From assembly GCA_963797765.1 (NCBI GenBank), contig CAWCQU010000004.1, positions 444,094-508,093 on the forward strand: a stretch of DNA of 64,000 bases, given 5' to 3'. Positions 38,008 through 48,463 of this stretch are shown here, in pieces. A program made the translations under genes and the position numbers. The notes under the pieces are model-generated. The model made no database searches. It saw nothing but the letters and a program-made list of their open reading frames with translations, and had not been told where the DNA came from. Within the stretch, counting starts at the first letter, position 1; each line of letters begins with the position of its first letter. The stretch comes from an uncultured Acidobacteriota bacterium. Lineage in GTDB: Bacteria; Acidobacteriota; Terriglobia; Acidiferrales; UBA7541.

Positions 38008-38045
38008 TTGAGAAAAAGCACACAGCCAGGAGTGGCTGTGCTACT
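38008..38045 (-). terminator. Rho-independent terminator of the dnaJ-hspR transcript: AGCACAGCCActccTGGCTGTGTGCT then TTTTT, overlapping the hspR stop codon
   Basis: Minus-strand hairpin followed by T5. The same hairpin sequence recurs at 53531-53552. Confidence 0.6.
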
Positions 38046-38448
38046 GGGTGGATTTTTCTACGCGGATTACCTTGGGCGGGACGGCGCGAACGATGGCGGT
38101 GCGGGAGTGGCGTTGCTGCGCAGCGCCGAAGGTGCGGGCAAGCTCGTGACGGACGAAGCCGGTGAATTGTTCCATTTGCGATTGCATTTCGGCCATTTTG
38201 TCGCGCATGTTGAGGATCACTTCGATACCGGCGAGATTCACTCCCAGCTCGCGGGTGAGGGTGAGAATTACTTCCAGGCGCTCGAGATCCTGATCGGTGT
38301 AAAGCCGGGTGTTGCCTTGCGAGCGGGAAGGCTTGAGCAATCCGACGCGTTCATAGAGGCGCAACGTCTGGGGATGAATTTTGTATAGGTCGGCGACGAC
38401 GCTGATCATGTAACCCGCGCGCGATTTCTTTTTGGCCCGGATCGGCAT
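38041..38448 (-). CDS. hspR: MerR-family heat-shock repressor HspR
   Basis: MerR HTH (YMISVVADLYKIHPQTLRLYERVGLLKPSRSQGNTRLYTDQDLERLEVI). Lies 11 nt downstream of dnaJ. Confidence 0.75.
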   Translation of the reverse strand: MPIRAKKKSRAGYMISVVADLYKIHPQTLRLYERVGLLKPSRSQGNTRLYTDQDLERLEVILTLTRELGVNLAGIEVILNMRDKMAEMQSQMEQFTGFVRHELARTFGAAQQRHSRTAIVRAVPPKVIRVEKSTQ

Positions 38449-38458
38449 GATTCCCTCC

Positions 38459-39613
38459 TTACAACGCGGCGCGCGAAAATAGTTCCTTGCGAGGATCTTC
38501 CGGTGCGAGCTTGGATAGTTCGCGCAGCATATTGCGGACGCGCTCATCCTCGGGCCGCGGCACCACCACCTGGACTTCGACGTATTGATCGCCGCGCTTG
38601 CCCTGATGGCGCGCGACGGGAGCGCCTTTCTCGCGCAGACGGAATTTCTTGCCGCTATCGGTGCCCGGAGGGATGCGCACCAGCGCGCGGCCGTCTATGG
38701 TGGGAACTTCCACCTTGGCGCCGAGGGCGGCTTCTGAAACCGTGATGGGAACCACCGTGTAAAGATCGTCTCCGCGACGCTCGAAAAATGGATGAGGCTG
38801 CACGCGGATCAAAATGTAGAGGTCGCCCGCGGGTCCGCCCATAACTCCGGCGTTGCCATGAGCGGCGACGCGGACGCGAGAGCCCGTTTGCGCGCCTGGC
38901 GGGATTCGGACGTCAATCGTTTCGGCGCGGCGCACGCGGCCTTCGCCGCCGCACGTGCGGCAGACGGTGCGCAAGCGGCCAGAGCCGCCGCAGCGCGAGC
39001 AGGCCATCTGGAAGCGCATTTTGCCGCTGACTTCAGTGACTCGCCCACTGCCATTGCAGGCGGGACAAACTTGCTGTCCCGCGCCGCCGGCCGCGCCGGT
39101 GCCCCGGCAATCGGTGCAGGTATCGAGCCGGGTGATGGTGATTTTCTTTACCGTGCCGCGCATGGCTTCGGGAAAAGTGATGTCGATCTGGTATTCGAGA
39201 TCGGTACCGCGCTCCGGCTGCGGCGCGGCTTGCGCGGCATTCTGGCCGCGGAAAAATTGGCCGAACAAATCACGGAAACTGGTGCCGCCCGAGCCGCCAA
39301 AATCGAAGCCGCCAAAATCGAATTGTGCGCCGTCATCGCCTTGCCCCGCGGAAGGTCCGGGCGTAGGACCACCTGCGGAACCGGGTCCGGCAAATCCAAA
39401 CTGGTCGTACATCTGGCGTTTCTTGGTGTCGGAGAGGACTTCGTAGGCTTCCTGGATCTGCTTGAATTTCTCTTCGGAGGACTTGTCGCCGGGATTGAGA
39501 TCCGGATGATATTTTCTAGCAAGCTTGCGATAGGCTTGGCGAATTTCCTTGAGCGGCGCTTTGCGCGCCACGCCGAGCAATTCGTAATAATCCTGTTTAG
39601 TGGTTGTTGCCAT
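38459..39613 (-). CDS. dnaJ: molecular chaperone DnaJ
   Basis: J-domain with HPD ([14 protein letters not shown]), G/F region, four CxxCxGxG zinc motifs. Confidence 0.9.
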   Translation of the reverse strand: MATTTKQDYYELLGVARKAPLKEIRQAYRKLARKYHPDLNPGDKSSEEKFKQIQEAYEVLSDTKKRQMYDQFGFAGPGSAGGPTPGPSAGQGDDGAQFDFGGFDFGGSGGTSFRDLFGQFFRGQNAAQAAPQPERGTDLEYQIDITFPEAMRGTVKKITITRLDTCTDCRGTGAAGGAGQQVCPACNGSGRVTEVSGKMRFQMACSRCGGSGRLRTVCRTCGGEGRVRRAETIDVRIPPGAQTGSRVRVAAHGNAGVMGGPAGDLYILIRVQPHPFFERRGDDLYTVVPITVSEAALGAKVEVPTIDGRALVRIPPGTDSGKKFRLREKGAPVARHQGKRGDQYVEVQVVVPRPEDERVRNMLRELSKLAPEDPRKELFSRAAL

Positions 39614-39623
39614 TTTTATCTAG

Positions 39624-39670
39624 CGGGACGCGGCCCTTCGAAGCTCAGGGTAAACGGGTGGCGCCCCATT
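39624..39670. repeat. Mosaic repeat module R2 (GGGACGCGGCCCTTCGAAGCTCAGGGTAAACGGGTGGCGCCCC) immediately upstream of the dnaJ start
   Basis: 27-nt core shared with 33455-33482; related to 50115-50143. Contains the palindrome CTTCGAAG. Confidence 0.45.
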
Positions 39671-39700
39671 TGTTTTATTCTCGTGCCGAATGCGCTCGAT

Positions 39701-40081
39701 CTACAGCTTGGCCCAACGCGCGTTTAGCTCGGACAGCTCCTGCTGCTCGCGCGCAAGATCCTCGCGGCGCTGGCGCTGCTCTTCCGAGCGAACGCCCATG
39801 GCCGCTTCTTTTGTGTTCGCTTTTTCGATCCAGCCGTCGACCCAGGCCACTTTTTGCTCGACGCTCGCGGAGTCGGAGCGAAAACGGAAAAACGTGCCGG
39901 AAATTTCTACCGAGCGTGGCGGAAAATCGGGTGGCGTATCACGCTGCATGTCGTAAAACAGACGGCGCCAGTCGGCGCTGGGTGATTCCGAAATCTGGAC
40001 CTGAATCAGATAATAATTGTCGCGAACTTTTTGGACCGCCTGCGGCGCACTAACCCGCCGAATACCGGTTGTCGTCGTCAA
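39701..40081 (-). CDS. hypothetical protein (126 aa) with a C-terminal coiled-coil, in the position where grpE would be expected
   Basis: TTG start with a GGAGAG SD. Protein-like composition, ...EEQRQRREDLAREQQELSELNARWAKL. No GrpE similarity is apparent. Confidence 0.5.
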   Translation of the reverse strand: MTTTTGIRRVSAPQAVQKVRDNYYLIQVQISESPSADWRRLFYDMQRDTPPDFPPRSVEISGTFFRFRSDSASVEQKVAWVDGWIEKANTKEAAMGVRSEEQRQRREDLAREQQELSELNARWAKL

Positions 40082-40135
40082 GACCGCTCTCCGATAAAAC
40101 CTCTGTCGAACGTCTCCCTGCTTGGTTCTAAAGAT

Positions 40136-40176
40136 GCCGCCCTCCCGACAGAATTCGTCGGGCGAGGAAGGGCAGC
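40136..40176. repeat. REP-like nested stem-loop element, copy G (GCCCT-CCCGACagaattcGTCGGG-CGAGGAAGGGC)
   Basis: Inner 6-bp hairpin plus the CGAGGAA tail; outer GCCCT/AGGGC pairing. Confidence 0.45.
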
Positions 40177-40203
40177 GCTACACGACCCCTATGACTTAGC
40201 AGA

Positions 40204-40395
40204 CTAGTTTACGAATTCCGGCGAGCAGCGGTGCTCCGCCGCGTGCGCTTTCAAACGGATCAGAGCCAAAATTCCCTGTTTTTTCAGTTCTGTCTGTTCT
40301 CCAGGAACCGGTTTTTCCACGCGAGCAAGGTCAAGCTCTCGTGAGCGGATTCCGATGAGGTTCAATTCGAGTTGTCTATATTCAGGGCAAATCAT
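40204..40395 (-). CDS. small hypothetical protein (63 aa; ATG 40395 after AGAAGGAAAA)
   Basis: MICPEYRQLELNLIGIRSRELDLARVEKPVPGEQTELKKQGILALIRLKAHAAEHRCSPEFVN. Good SD; the longer track ORF beginning at 40533 is unlikely. Confidence 0.4.
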   Translation of the reverse strand: MICPEYRQLELNLIGIRSRELDLARVEKPVPGEQTELKKQGILALIRLKAHAAEHRCSPEFVN

Positions 40396-40649
40396 AAGAG
40401 TTTTCCTTCTAAAATGTTTCCGGCGAAAACCCAAGAATCGAGCCCGCCGGTTTGCTGTTCGCGGGGCGGAGCGAGGTATGAAGGCAGCGTATGAACGCTC
40501 CGCCCGCCGGACAGATGTGCCGAAGCCGGACATTCAAACTCCTCTTACAAATACCACGACAAGTTTGCCGGCCTCAGTTCCAGGACTTTCCGACCAAAGA
40601 GTCGGAACGCCAAAGACGCATAAGCCCACTTTTTCTGGGACTTCTAATG

Positions 40650-40713
40650 CCGGAGCTTCCCGATCGAACACATCGGGACACAAACCGCGCGGAAGCTCCG
40701 ACCCCCTAAAAAC
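40650..40713. repeat. Conserved motif copy S3: nested hairpin (GGAGCTTCC[CCCGATcgaacacATCGGG]...GGAAGCTCC) plus GACCCCCTAAAAAC
   Basis: Starts 5 nt downstream of the dnaK stop (40718). Confidence 0.5.
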
Positions 40714-40717
40714 GATC

Positions 40718-42667
40718 CTAATTCGGCTTCTTTGATTCGTCGACGTCCACGAACTCGGCGTCGACTACATCTCCTTCTTTGTGGGGCGCGGGACCGGAAT
40801 CCTGGCCGGGCACCCCGGCTGAGCCACCGCCCGCGGGGCCGGCTCCAGCGGCCGCACCCTGCGCAGCCGTGGAGCGATAAAGCGCCTCGGCTACTTTGTG
40901 AGATGCGCGGGTAAGCTTTTCAGTGGCCGCATTAATTTTTTCCGTGCCTCCTTCGGAAAGCGCGCGCTTGGATTGTTCGAGGGCTTCTTCGACTTCCTTG
41001 ATGTCACCCTCGGCCAGCTTCTCGCGGTTTTCGTTCAAAACCTTTTCGGTTTGGTAGACCAGATTGTCGGCCCGGTTACGCGCTTCGACTTCAGTGAGCC
41101 GCACCTTGTCTTCCGAAGCGTGGGCTTCGGCTTCCTGGCGCATTTTTTCGGCTTCGTCCTTGCTCAGACCGGTGGAAGAAGTGATGGTGATCTTCTGTTC
41201 GCGGTTTGTAGCACGGTCCTTGGCCGCCACATTGAGGATGCCGTTGGCGTCGATGTCAAAGGTGACCTCAACTTGCGGAGTGCCGCGCGGCGCCGGAGGA
41301 ATTCCATCGAGATGGAATTTTCCGAGAGTGCGGTTTCCGCTGGCTACGGGACGTTCGCCCTGCAGCACGTGAATTTCGACGGACGGCTGATTATCCGCCG
41401 CGGTGGAGAACGTTTCCGCCTTGCGCGTTGGGATGGTGGTGTTGCGCGGGATCAGCGTGGTCATCACGCCTCCCAGCGTTTCCACACCCAGCGAAAGAGG
41501 AGTTACGTCGAGCAGCAGAATGTCCTTCACTTCGCCGCCCAACACTCCGCCTTGAATCGCAGCGCCGACCGCGACCACTTCGTCGGGATTCACGCCCTTG
41601 TGCGGCTCTTTCCCGCCGAATAGGCCTTTCACGATTTGCACCACGCGCGGAATGCGTGTCGAACCGCCGACCAGCACCACTTCGTCGATTTTTTCCGGCG
41701 GCAAGCTGGCATCGTTCAATGCCTGCTTCACCGGGCCGACGGTGCGTTGCAGCAGCGGTTCCATCAATTGTTCGAGCTTGGCGCGGGACATTTTCTGCTG
41801 CAGGTGCTTCGGTCCCGAGGCGTCGGCAGTGATGAAGGGAAGATTGATTTCCGTCTCCATCAATTGCGAAAGTTCGATCTTGGCTTTTTCGGCCGCTTCC
41901 TTGAGCCGCTGGATGGCCATGCGGTCTTTGCTGAGATCGATGCCCTGCTCTTTTTTGAACTCGGCAACCAGGAAGTCGATGATCACGTGATCGATATCGT
42001 CGCCACCCAGGTGAGTATCGCCATTGGTGGACTTCACTTCCACGACGCCTTCGCCCACTTCCAGGATGGAAATATCGAAGGTGCCGCCGCCCAAATCGTA
42101 CACGGCGATGGTTTCGTCTTTCTTTTTATCGAGGCCGTAAGCGAGCGCGGCGGCCGTGGGCTCGTTGATGATGCGCAGCACTTCAAGCCCCGCGATTTCG
42201 CCGGCTTGCTTGGTGGCCTGGCGCTGGCCGTCATTGAAATATGCCGGGACAGTGATCACAGCCTTGGTGACTTTCTCACCCAGGAAGTCCTCGGCGGCGG
42301 TCTTCAGCTTTTGAAGAATCATGGCGGAAATTTCCGCTGGGCTATACGATTTGCCGGAAATTTCGACGCGGGCATCGTCGTGCGGCCCACGGACCACTTT
42401 ATAGGGGACGCGCTTTATTTCTTCAGAAACTTCGTCATAGCGGCGCCCCATGAATCGCTTAATCGAATAAACTGTGTTTTCCGGGTTGGTGATCGCTTGC
42501 CGCTTGGCCACCTGCCCCACCAGGCGTTCGCCAGTTTTAGTGATCGCGACGACCGAAGGGGTCGTGCGCGCACCTTCTTGGTTGGGGATGACAACCGGCT
42601 CGCCGCCTTGCATGACGGAGACGACCGAATTGGTCGTACCCAGGTCAATTCCAATAATCTTACTCAT
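40718..42667 (-). CDS. dnaK: molecular chaperone DnaK (Hsp70)
   Basis: [14 protein letters not shown]..., DLGGGTFD, full Hsp70. Start at ATG 42667 after GGAGGAACAGGGCCG, not the longer track ORF. Confidence 0.95.
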   Translation of the reverse strand: MSKIIGIDLGTTNSVVSVMQGGEPVVIPNQEGARTTPSVVAITKTGERLVGQVAKRQAITNPENTVYSIKRFMGRRYDEVSEEIKRVPYKVVRGPHDDARVEISGKSYSPAEISAMILQKLKTAAEDFLGEKVTKAVITVPAYFNDGQRQATKQAGEIAGLEVLRIINEPTAAALAYGLDKKKDETIAVYDLGGGTFDISILEVGEGVVEVKSTNGDTHLGGDDIDHVIIDFLVAEFKKEQGIDLSKDRMAIQRLKEAAEKAKIELSQLMETEINLPFITADASGPKHLQQKMSRAKLEQLMEPLLQRTVGPVKQALNDASLPPEKIDEVVLVGGSTRIPRVVQIVKGLFGGKEPHKGVNPDEVVAVGAAIQGGVLGGEVKDILLLDVTPLSLGVETLGGVMTTLIPRNTTIPTRKAETFSTAADNQPSVEIHVLQGERPVASGNRTLGKFHLDGIPPAPRGTPQVEVTFDIDANGILNVAAKDRATNREQKITITSSTGLSKDEAEKMRQEAEAHASEDKVRLTEVEARNRADNLVYQTEKVLNENREKLAEGDIKEVEEALEQSKRALSEGGTEKINAATEKLTRASHKVAEALYRSTAAQGAAAGAGPAGGGSAGVPGQDSGPAPHKEGDVVDAEFVDVDESKKPN

Positions 42668-42731
42668 CGGCCCTGTTCCTCCACTGGGTAGCCGCAGTCT
42701 GCGGTCCCGCTTTGCAAATCGAAACAAGGCG

Positions 42732-42762
42732 AGTATACACATTGAGTGTGCTATTGTCAAGT
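42732..42762 (-). promoter_or_regulatory. dnaK promoter (TTGACA-N17-TATACT) overlapped by a HAIR-like HspR operator (CTTGACA-N7-ACTCAAT)
   Basis: Minus strand cTTGACAatagcacACTCAATgtgTATACTcgcc, 60 nt upstream of the dnaK ATG. Confidence 0.5.
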
Positions 42763-43102
42763 TCCTTGCACATCCGTAAGTTTATGATAATACATGGTTA
42801 CATTGTACTTTAGGAGGTTTTTCCGAAAGGTTGGCCTGGCAGGGGGAGAATTGCTTGCTGGATGGCCTGGTGGGCCACTATGGATAAGAGTGCGCTGGAT
42901 CCCTGTCCCGCCATTGGCGGGATTGGGATGACTGCAAGTCCTGACAATTGCGAGTTCCAGGGATTTGCAATCTGCAGGGAACCCGAAACGAGGAGTTTGC
43001 ATCGGAGTTGGGGAGGCTTGCAAGATCGGCAATCGAGCTCGAAACTGGTGAGCAAACCGGGGCAAAAACGGGTTAGAATGAATTTTTAACCTGCACTAAA
43101 TC

Positions 43103-43852
43103 TTGGAGGAGAACTTGTCGCGCTCATTTCTTAAGGCGTCCACCTTTTTGCTCTGCCTGGCAGCCGCGATGCTCGTACTGGGGGCTACGCGAAGAGACCC
43201 GGCCCAACCGAAGAGCGCGTCGCTGGCGCTGCCGCCGGCCGATACGGCTCCCAATAAGACGGTGGGATCGTCAACCGCACCGATCACGCTGGTGGTCTAT
43301 AGCGACTTCGAATGCCCCGCGTGCCGGGCATTGTACGAGGACACGCTGAAGCCGTTGATGAGCGATTATATTGCCTCTGGCAAAGTTTATTTGGTGCACA
43401 AGGATTTTCCGCTGCAGATGCACAAGTATTCCCACGAAGCGGCACGCTATGCCAATGCGGCCGCGCATATGGGGAAATACGAGCAAGTGGCGGGAATTTT
43501 GTTTGATAATCAACAGACTTGGGCGGCGGATGGGAACGTGGTGAAATTCGTGTCACAAGCATTGCCGCCGGCGGAAATGAAGCGGGTGCAGGCGATGGTG
43601 GATAGCTGCCATGAAGGAAGCCCGACAACCGCGAAGGTGAAACCTACGAGCCTGAATGCCGCGGCGCAAACCGGCGGCGGGACCTGCCAAATCGATAAAT
43701 CGATTGATGAAGATGTGGAATCGGGAAAAGGCATCGCGGTGAACCAGACTCCCACGCTGCTGATCATCCATGCGGGCCACACGGATCGAATTGCGGGAGT
43801 GGTGAGCTACCCGGTGCTGAAAGCTTATTTCGATCAACTGCTCGGACACTAG
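43103..43852 (+). CDS. DsbA-family thiol:disulfide oxidoreductase
   Basis: Signal anchor, CPAC active site (FECPACRALYE). Confidence 0.8.
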   Translation: MEENLSRSFLKASTFLLCLAAAMLVLGATRRDPAQPKSASLALPPADTAPNKTVGSSTAPITLVVYSDFECPACRALYEDTLKPLMSDYIASGKVYLVHKDFPLQMHKYSHEAARYANAAAHMGKYEQVAGILFDNQQTWAADGNVVKFVSQALPPAEMKRVQAMVDSCHEGSPTTAKVKPTSLNAAAQTGGGTCQIDKSIDEDVESGKGIAVNQTPTLLIIHAGHTDRIAGVVSYPVLKAYFDQLLGH

Positions 43853-43863
43853 TTTTAATAATA

Positions 43864-44376
43864 ATGAGCGCGGAAAACAGGGCGAAGATTGGCCGCATTC
43901 TCCTGCTGCTGGGGCGGCTGGGGATGGGCGGAATTTTTCTTTACGCCGCGTACTCGAAGCTTTGGCCGCTGACGACCGTGAAGACCAACCTGGCGTTCTT
44001 CGCGATGCAGGTGGATTCGTATCAATTGCTGCCGTCTTCGATGGTGATGTTTGTGGCGAAGACGCTGCCGTGGTTTGAACTGGCGCTCGGGCTGGGATTG
44101 GTGATTGGATGGCCGTTGCGGCTGATCAGCAGCGCTGCGAGTGCGCTAATTCTGGGATTTTTTATCGTGATTGTTCGCAGCTATGCGATGGGATTGCAGA
44201 TTAATTGCGGCTGTTTTGGGCAGAGCGAAAAGTTGGATTTCACTAAGGTAATTCTGGATGGTTTGATGCTCGCGCTCACGCTGGCGGTGACCATCGGAGC
44301 GTTTCTGCGTCATCGCAGAATGATTAACGGCAGCTCCGCGGTTCCCCTTACTTCTCCTCAACTGAAAACAGAGTAG
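43864..44376 (+). CDS. DoxX/MauE-like membrane protein
   Basis: Four TM helices, a CGCFG motif, paired with the DsbA-like gene. Confidence 0.65.
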   Translation: MSAENRAKIGRILLLLGRLGMGGIFLYAAYSKLWPLTTVKTNLAFFAMQVDSYQLLPSSMVMFVAKTLPWFELALGLGLVIGWPLRLISSAASALILGFFIVIVRSYAMGLQINCGCFGQSEKLDFTKVILDGLMLALTLAVTIGAFLRHRRMINGSSAVPLTSPQLKTE

Positions 44377-44428
44377 AATTGTTCGCGGTTCAAATTTTTC
44401 GCGGATCAAGCCAACAGGCGGTATCCAC

Positions 44429-45007
44429 ATGAAAAGTCTTGAGGAATATCTTGTGCTTGCGGAAGAAGTGCACGGACATCTTTGCGCGGGGCAAGTGCTG
44501 GGAGTGCGCCTGGCGATGTATGGGGTGCGGGAATTGGGGATCGAAGATCCGATTCGCGAGCGGAAGCGGCTGGTGACGTTTGTCGAGATCGACCGCTGCG
44601 TGACGGACGCTGTGGCGCTGGTGGCCAATTGCCGGCTCGGCAAACGCGCGCTGAAATTTTTGGACTGGGGAAAAGTGGCGGCGACGTTCGTGGATTTGCA
44701 GACGAGACGCGCGGTGCGGATTGTAGCCACGGAGAAATCGAAGTCGCTGGCGCGGGAAATGTTTCCGGAGCTTGAAAAAGAGCCTGGGCAGCAGAAGGCT
44801 TACCAGCTTTTGCCGGACGATGAACTCTTTGAGAAACAGTGGGTGCAGGTGGAATTGCGTCCCGAGGATTTGCCCGGCTACAAAGGGCCCCGAGTAGTTT
44901 GCGCCGAGTGCGGGGAAGGAATTAATTTTAAACGCGAAGTGATTCAAGACGGGCGCACGCTTTGCCGCGGGTGCGCCGGCGAACGATATTGGAAACCACT
45001 GGAGTAA
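44429..45007 (+). CDS. FmdE/FwdE-family protein with a C-terminal zinc ribbon
   Basis: HGHLCAGQVLGVR...VEIDRCVTDAV... and CAECGEGIN...CRGCAG. Confidence 0.65.
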   Translation: MKSLEEYLVLAEEVHGHLCAGQVLGVRLAMYGVRELGIEDPIRERKRLVTFVEIDRCVTDAVALVANCRLGKRALKFLDWGKVAATFVDLQTRRAVRIVATEKSKSLAREMFPELEKEPGQQKAYQLLPDDELFEKQWVQVELRPEDLPGYKGPRVVCAECGEGINFKREVIQDGRTLCRGCAGERYWKPLE

Positions 45008-45129
45008 GCCTACCCCGGCTAATCCCGAAGTCTTAATAAGCCATAACCGTGCCGGCCTGAAGGCCGGCGCTACATTGCATTTCCAGTTGATTGCGCGGCG
45101 GAGTAGAATGCCGCGTTCCCTTGGAGGAT

Positions 45130-47399
45130 CGAATGCATCGTTCCCCTGAAAAAGGAAGGCGATTTGCGTTTGCAATTATTCCGATTGCTGCATTTGCAAT
45201 TTTTTTGCGGGTGCGGATGTTGCGCGCGCGCAGGGCGGCGGTAAAGAACTGACTGTAGAGCGCATCGCGAGCCATCCGAGCTTGAGCGGGACAAATTTGG
45301 AAGGCTTAGAGTGGGCGCCGGACGGCAAGCGGTTGAGCTATTTTCACCGGTTGGGCGAAGGGCGCGGTTCTCGCAACGAACTTTGGGTAGTGGATGCCGC
45401 CACGGGACAACACAGCGTGTTGGTGGACGCGGACAAGCTTTCGTCACTGCTGCCGCCTTCGAAATCCGCGCCTTCGCAGGCCACTGGCCTGGCGCGCGTG
45501 CAGGCTGACCGCTATCTATGGGCGCCGAACGGAAGAGCATTGCTATTTAGCAGCGATGAAGGGTTGGTTTGGCTCGATCTGAACACTCATGAAACGAAAA
45601 CCTTGATCACTTCGGATTCACCGGTGGCGGATGCAAGGATTTCGCCCAACGGCGAGTGGGTGAGCTTCGTGCGCGATCACAATCTGTGGACGATCGATCT
45701 TTTGACGCGAAAGGAGACGCAAGTCACGCGCGGCGGGAATAGCGAATTTTTGGAGGGCGAACTCGACTGGGTGTATCCCGAAGAACTGGCGCTGCACGAA
45801 GCGTATTGGTGGTCACCTGATTCGACACATATCGCCTATTTGGAGATGGATGAACGGCAGGTGACGAAATATCCGATCGTGGACTATCTCTCCTACACCG
45901 GCGCGATGCGAACGATGTTCTATCCCAAGGCGGGCGATGCGAATCCGATTGTGCGCGTGGGAGTGGTGGCGGCTACCGGCGGCAAGACGCAATGGATGAC
46001 AACCGGATCGAACACGGATATTTACATTCCGCGGGTGAATTGGCTGCCCGACAGCAAGCGCCTGGCAATCCAGCGGCTGAACCGCGCGCAAAACAAACTG
46101 GAACTGCTGCTGGCGGATTCGGAAGGCGGGACTTCGCAAGTGATCCTGACCGATTCGGACAGGTATTGGATCAACGTGAGCGACGATCTTTATTTTTTCA
46201 AGGACGGGAAGCGATTTCTGTGGTCGAGCGAGCGCACGGGATACCGGCACTTTTATATTTACGATCTCAGCGGCAATCAGATGGATCAGCTTACATCCGG
46301 GGACTGGCACATCATCGGCACACAGGGATTCGGCCCGGGCGCGGTGAACGAGCCCGCTGTGGACGAGGCGAGCGGCTACGTTTATTTTCTTTCGAACAAG
46401 GAGAGCCCCATCGAAACGCAGCTTTATCGAGTTTCGTTGAAGGACAAGCAGGTCACGCGCATCACGAGAGAGGCCGGGGCGCACTCGGTGCATTTTTCTC
46501 CGACGGCCAGTGCGTTCGTGGACAGCTACTCGAACGCGATGACTCCGCCGCGGCAGGACTTGTATCACGCCGACGGCGCGAGGATCGCGGTGCTGAATGA
46601 AAATGTCGTGGCGGAGCTGAATGAATATCATCTGGTGCCGCCGCAATTCATCGTTATTCCCGGAGCGGACGGCACGCCTCTTGAGGCGGCGGTGATTCGT
46701 CCGCCGGATTTCAGCGGCGCGAAAAAGTATCCGGTAATTTTGCACGTATACGGCGGACCGGGCGCGCAAACGGTGCGAAATGCCTGGGAGGGCGCGAATT
46801 TTCTGTGGCATCAAATAATGGCGCAGAAGGGATTCATCATTTTGGAGCTGGACACGCGCGGAACGGCGGGGAGGGGACATGCTTTCGAAACGCCGATCTA
46901 TCATCATTTCGGCGATCCCGAACTTGCCGACGAACTGGCCGCTGCCAAATATTTGAAGTCGCTCGATTATGTGGATGGCTCGCGAATCGGGATATGGGGA
47001 TGGAGTTTCGGCGGATTCATGACGGTGACGACGATGTTCAAGGCCGGGGACGTGTTTAAGGCTGGATTTGCTGGATCGCCGGTTACGGATTGGCGGCAGT
47101 ACGACACGATTTATACGGAACGCTATATGGGGAAGCCCCAGGACGATCCGGAGGGGTATCGGGATTGCTCTCCAGTGAATTTCGCCGCGCAGCTCTCCGG
47201 GAAACTCTTGATTGCAGCGGGCACGGGCGATGACAACGTTCATTTCGGCAATACAGTGGAGCTCGCGGAAAAGCTGATTCAAGCGGACCGCTACGCTGAG
47301 ATTGCGATCTATCCTGGGCGGGGACACGGCATCAGCGATCCGCCGGCACGGATCCAATTGTTTCAGCGGGTGACGAAATTCTTTCTTGATAATTTGTGA
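45130..47399 (+). CDS. S9 family dipeptidyl-peptidase (DPP IV-like). The signal peptide is out of frame with the body at a T7 run (45200-45206).
   Basis: C-terminal peptidase_S9 (GWSFGGFMT, ...D..H). Upstream frame MHRSPEKGRRFAFAIIPIAAFAIF... after AAGGAAGG. Adding one T to the T7 run gives ...AFAIFFAGADVARAQGGGKELTVERIASHPSLSGTNLEGLEWAPDGKRLSY. Confidence 0.8.
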
Positions 47400-47455
47400 G
47401 GCGAGCCTGAATCGAGGCGGCAGCTGTTCGTGGGGGACATTGAACTCTGGATCCC

Positions 47456-47489
47456 TCGTCCCGGTTAACAACATCGGGACGCAGAAGGC
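47456..47489. repeat. Possible degenerate REP-like copy H (GTCCCGgttaacaacaTCGGGAC-GCAGAAGG)
   Basis: Inner hairpin and a CGCAGAAGG tail that resembles CGAGGAA. Confidence 0.3.
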
Positions 47490-47860
47490 GCGCTGACGCT
47501 CGGGATGACACCATGAAGACATGTGACGCTGCGGATTCACAAGTTCAACGCCTTAACGGGTAATCCGGTTTTCAAAACATGAAAATTTGAATTCGCGCGG
47601 GGATGCGATGCAGTCTTCAAGCCCGCGTATCCAAGGTTTGCAGAGAGCCTTGATCGCCGCGATCCATCGTCGATCGCGGCTTGGCATCCCAACCCAAAGG
47701 CCATCAAGATTGTTTGGGCTAGCGGCACTTCTGGAGTAGTCTCAGGTCGGAAATTCCAGTCCGCCAGCGGATGGGGCAATTGGAACGACTTGTGTCACCG
47801 ATTCCGTGGAACCTCCGACAGGCCCGGTGAGTCTAATCCGAATAAGGATGAATCGAAACA

Positions 47861-48451
47861 TTGCCCGGGAAAAATAGATTCCGTGCCGCGATTTTCGCGA
47901 TTTTGCTGGGGAGCGCATGTATTGCGAGTGCGCGCGCGGAAAAGCGGGAAATCGATGTAGCGCACTCGATAATGAAAGTGCGTGTCTACAAAACTGGATT
48001 GTTTTCCGGGTTCGCGCACGACCACGAAATTTCCGCCCCGATTGCAAAGGGGACCGTTGAAGATTCGTCGAGCGCGAGCGTGGACCTGACTGTGGATGCA
48101 GGCAAGCTGCACGTGGAAGATCCGGACGTATCCGAGAAGGATCGCGCGCAAATCCAGCAAACCATGCAGGGGCCGCAGGTGCTGGATAGCGCGCAATTCC
48201 CGGAGATTCGATTTCATTCCACGCGCGTGCAGGCGGCGGGGAACGACCGCTGGACCGTTGAAGGGAATCTGACCCTGCACGGACAGACGCATCCCGTTCA
48301 ACTTACGGTTACGAAAAAAGAGAGAAAGTTCGAAGGATCAGCCGTGTTCAAGCAACGCGCCTTCGGAATCACTCCTGTGAGTGTGGCCGGCGGCACCGTG
48401 AAAGTGAAAGATGAAGTGAAAATCGAATTTCAAATCGTACTTGAGCACTAA
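47861..48451 (+). CDS. YceI family periplasmic (lipid/polyisoprenoid-binding) protein
   Basis: Signal peptide plus YceI-like fold (..VRVYKTGLFSGFAHDHEI...). TTG start. Confidence 0.75.
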   Translation: MPGKNRFRAAIFAILLGSACIASARAEKREIDVAHSIMKVRVYKTGLFSGFAHDHEISAPIAKGTVEDSSSASVDLTVDAGKLHVEDPDVSEKDRAQIQQTMQGPQVLDSAQFPEIRFHSTRVQAAGNDRWTVEGNLTLHGQTHPVQLTVTKKERKFEGSAVFKQRAFGITPVSVAGGTVKVKDEVKIEFQIVLEH

Positions 48452-48463
48452 GGGGATTCTCCC

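Noticed and set aside
39614-39700. CIRCE (HrcA) operator upstream of dnaJ or dnaK
   Set aside because: No TTAGCACTC-N9-GAGTGCTAA-like inverted repeat is present. The only heat-shock-type operator candidate is the HAIR-like site in the dnaK promoter.
41636-42691. 351-aa plus-strand ORF opposite dnaK, and 40898..41623
   Set aside because: Antisense to dnaK, which is unambiguous.
45813-47540. 575-aa minus-strand ORF opposite the S9 peptidase
   Set aside because: Antisense shadow. The Arg-rich product has no motifs, and the plus strand encodes a clear peptidase.
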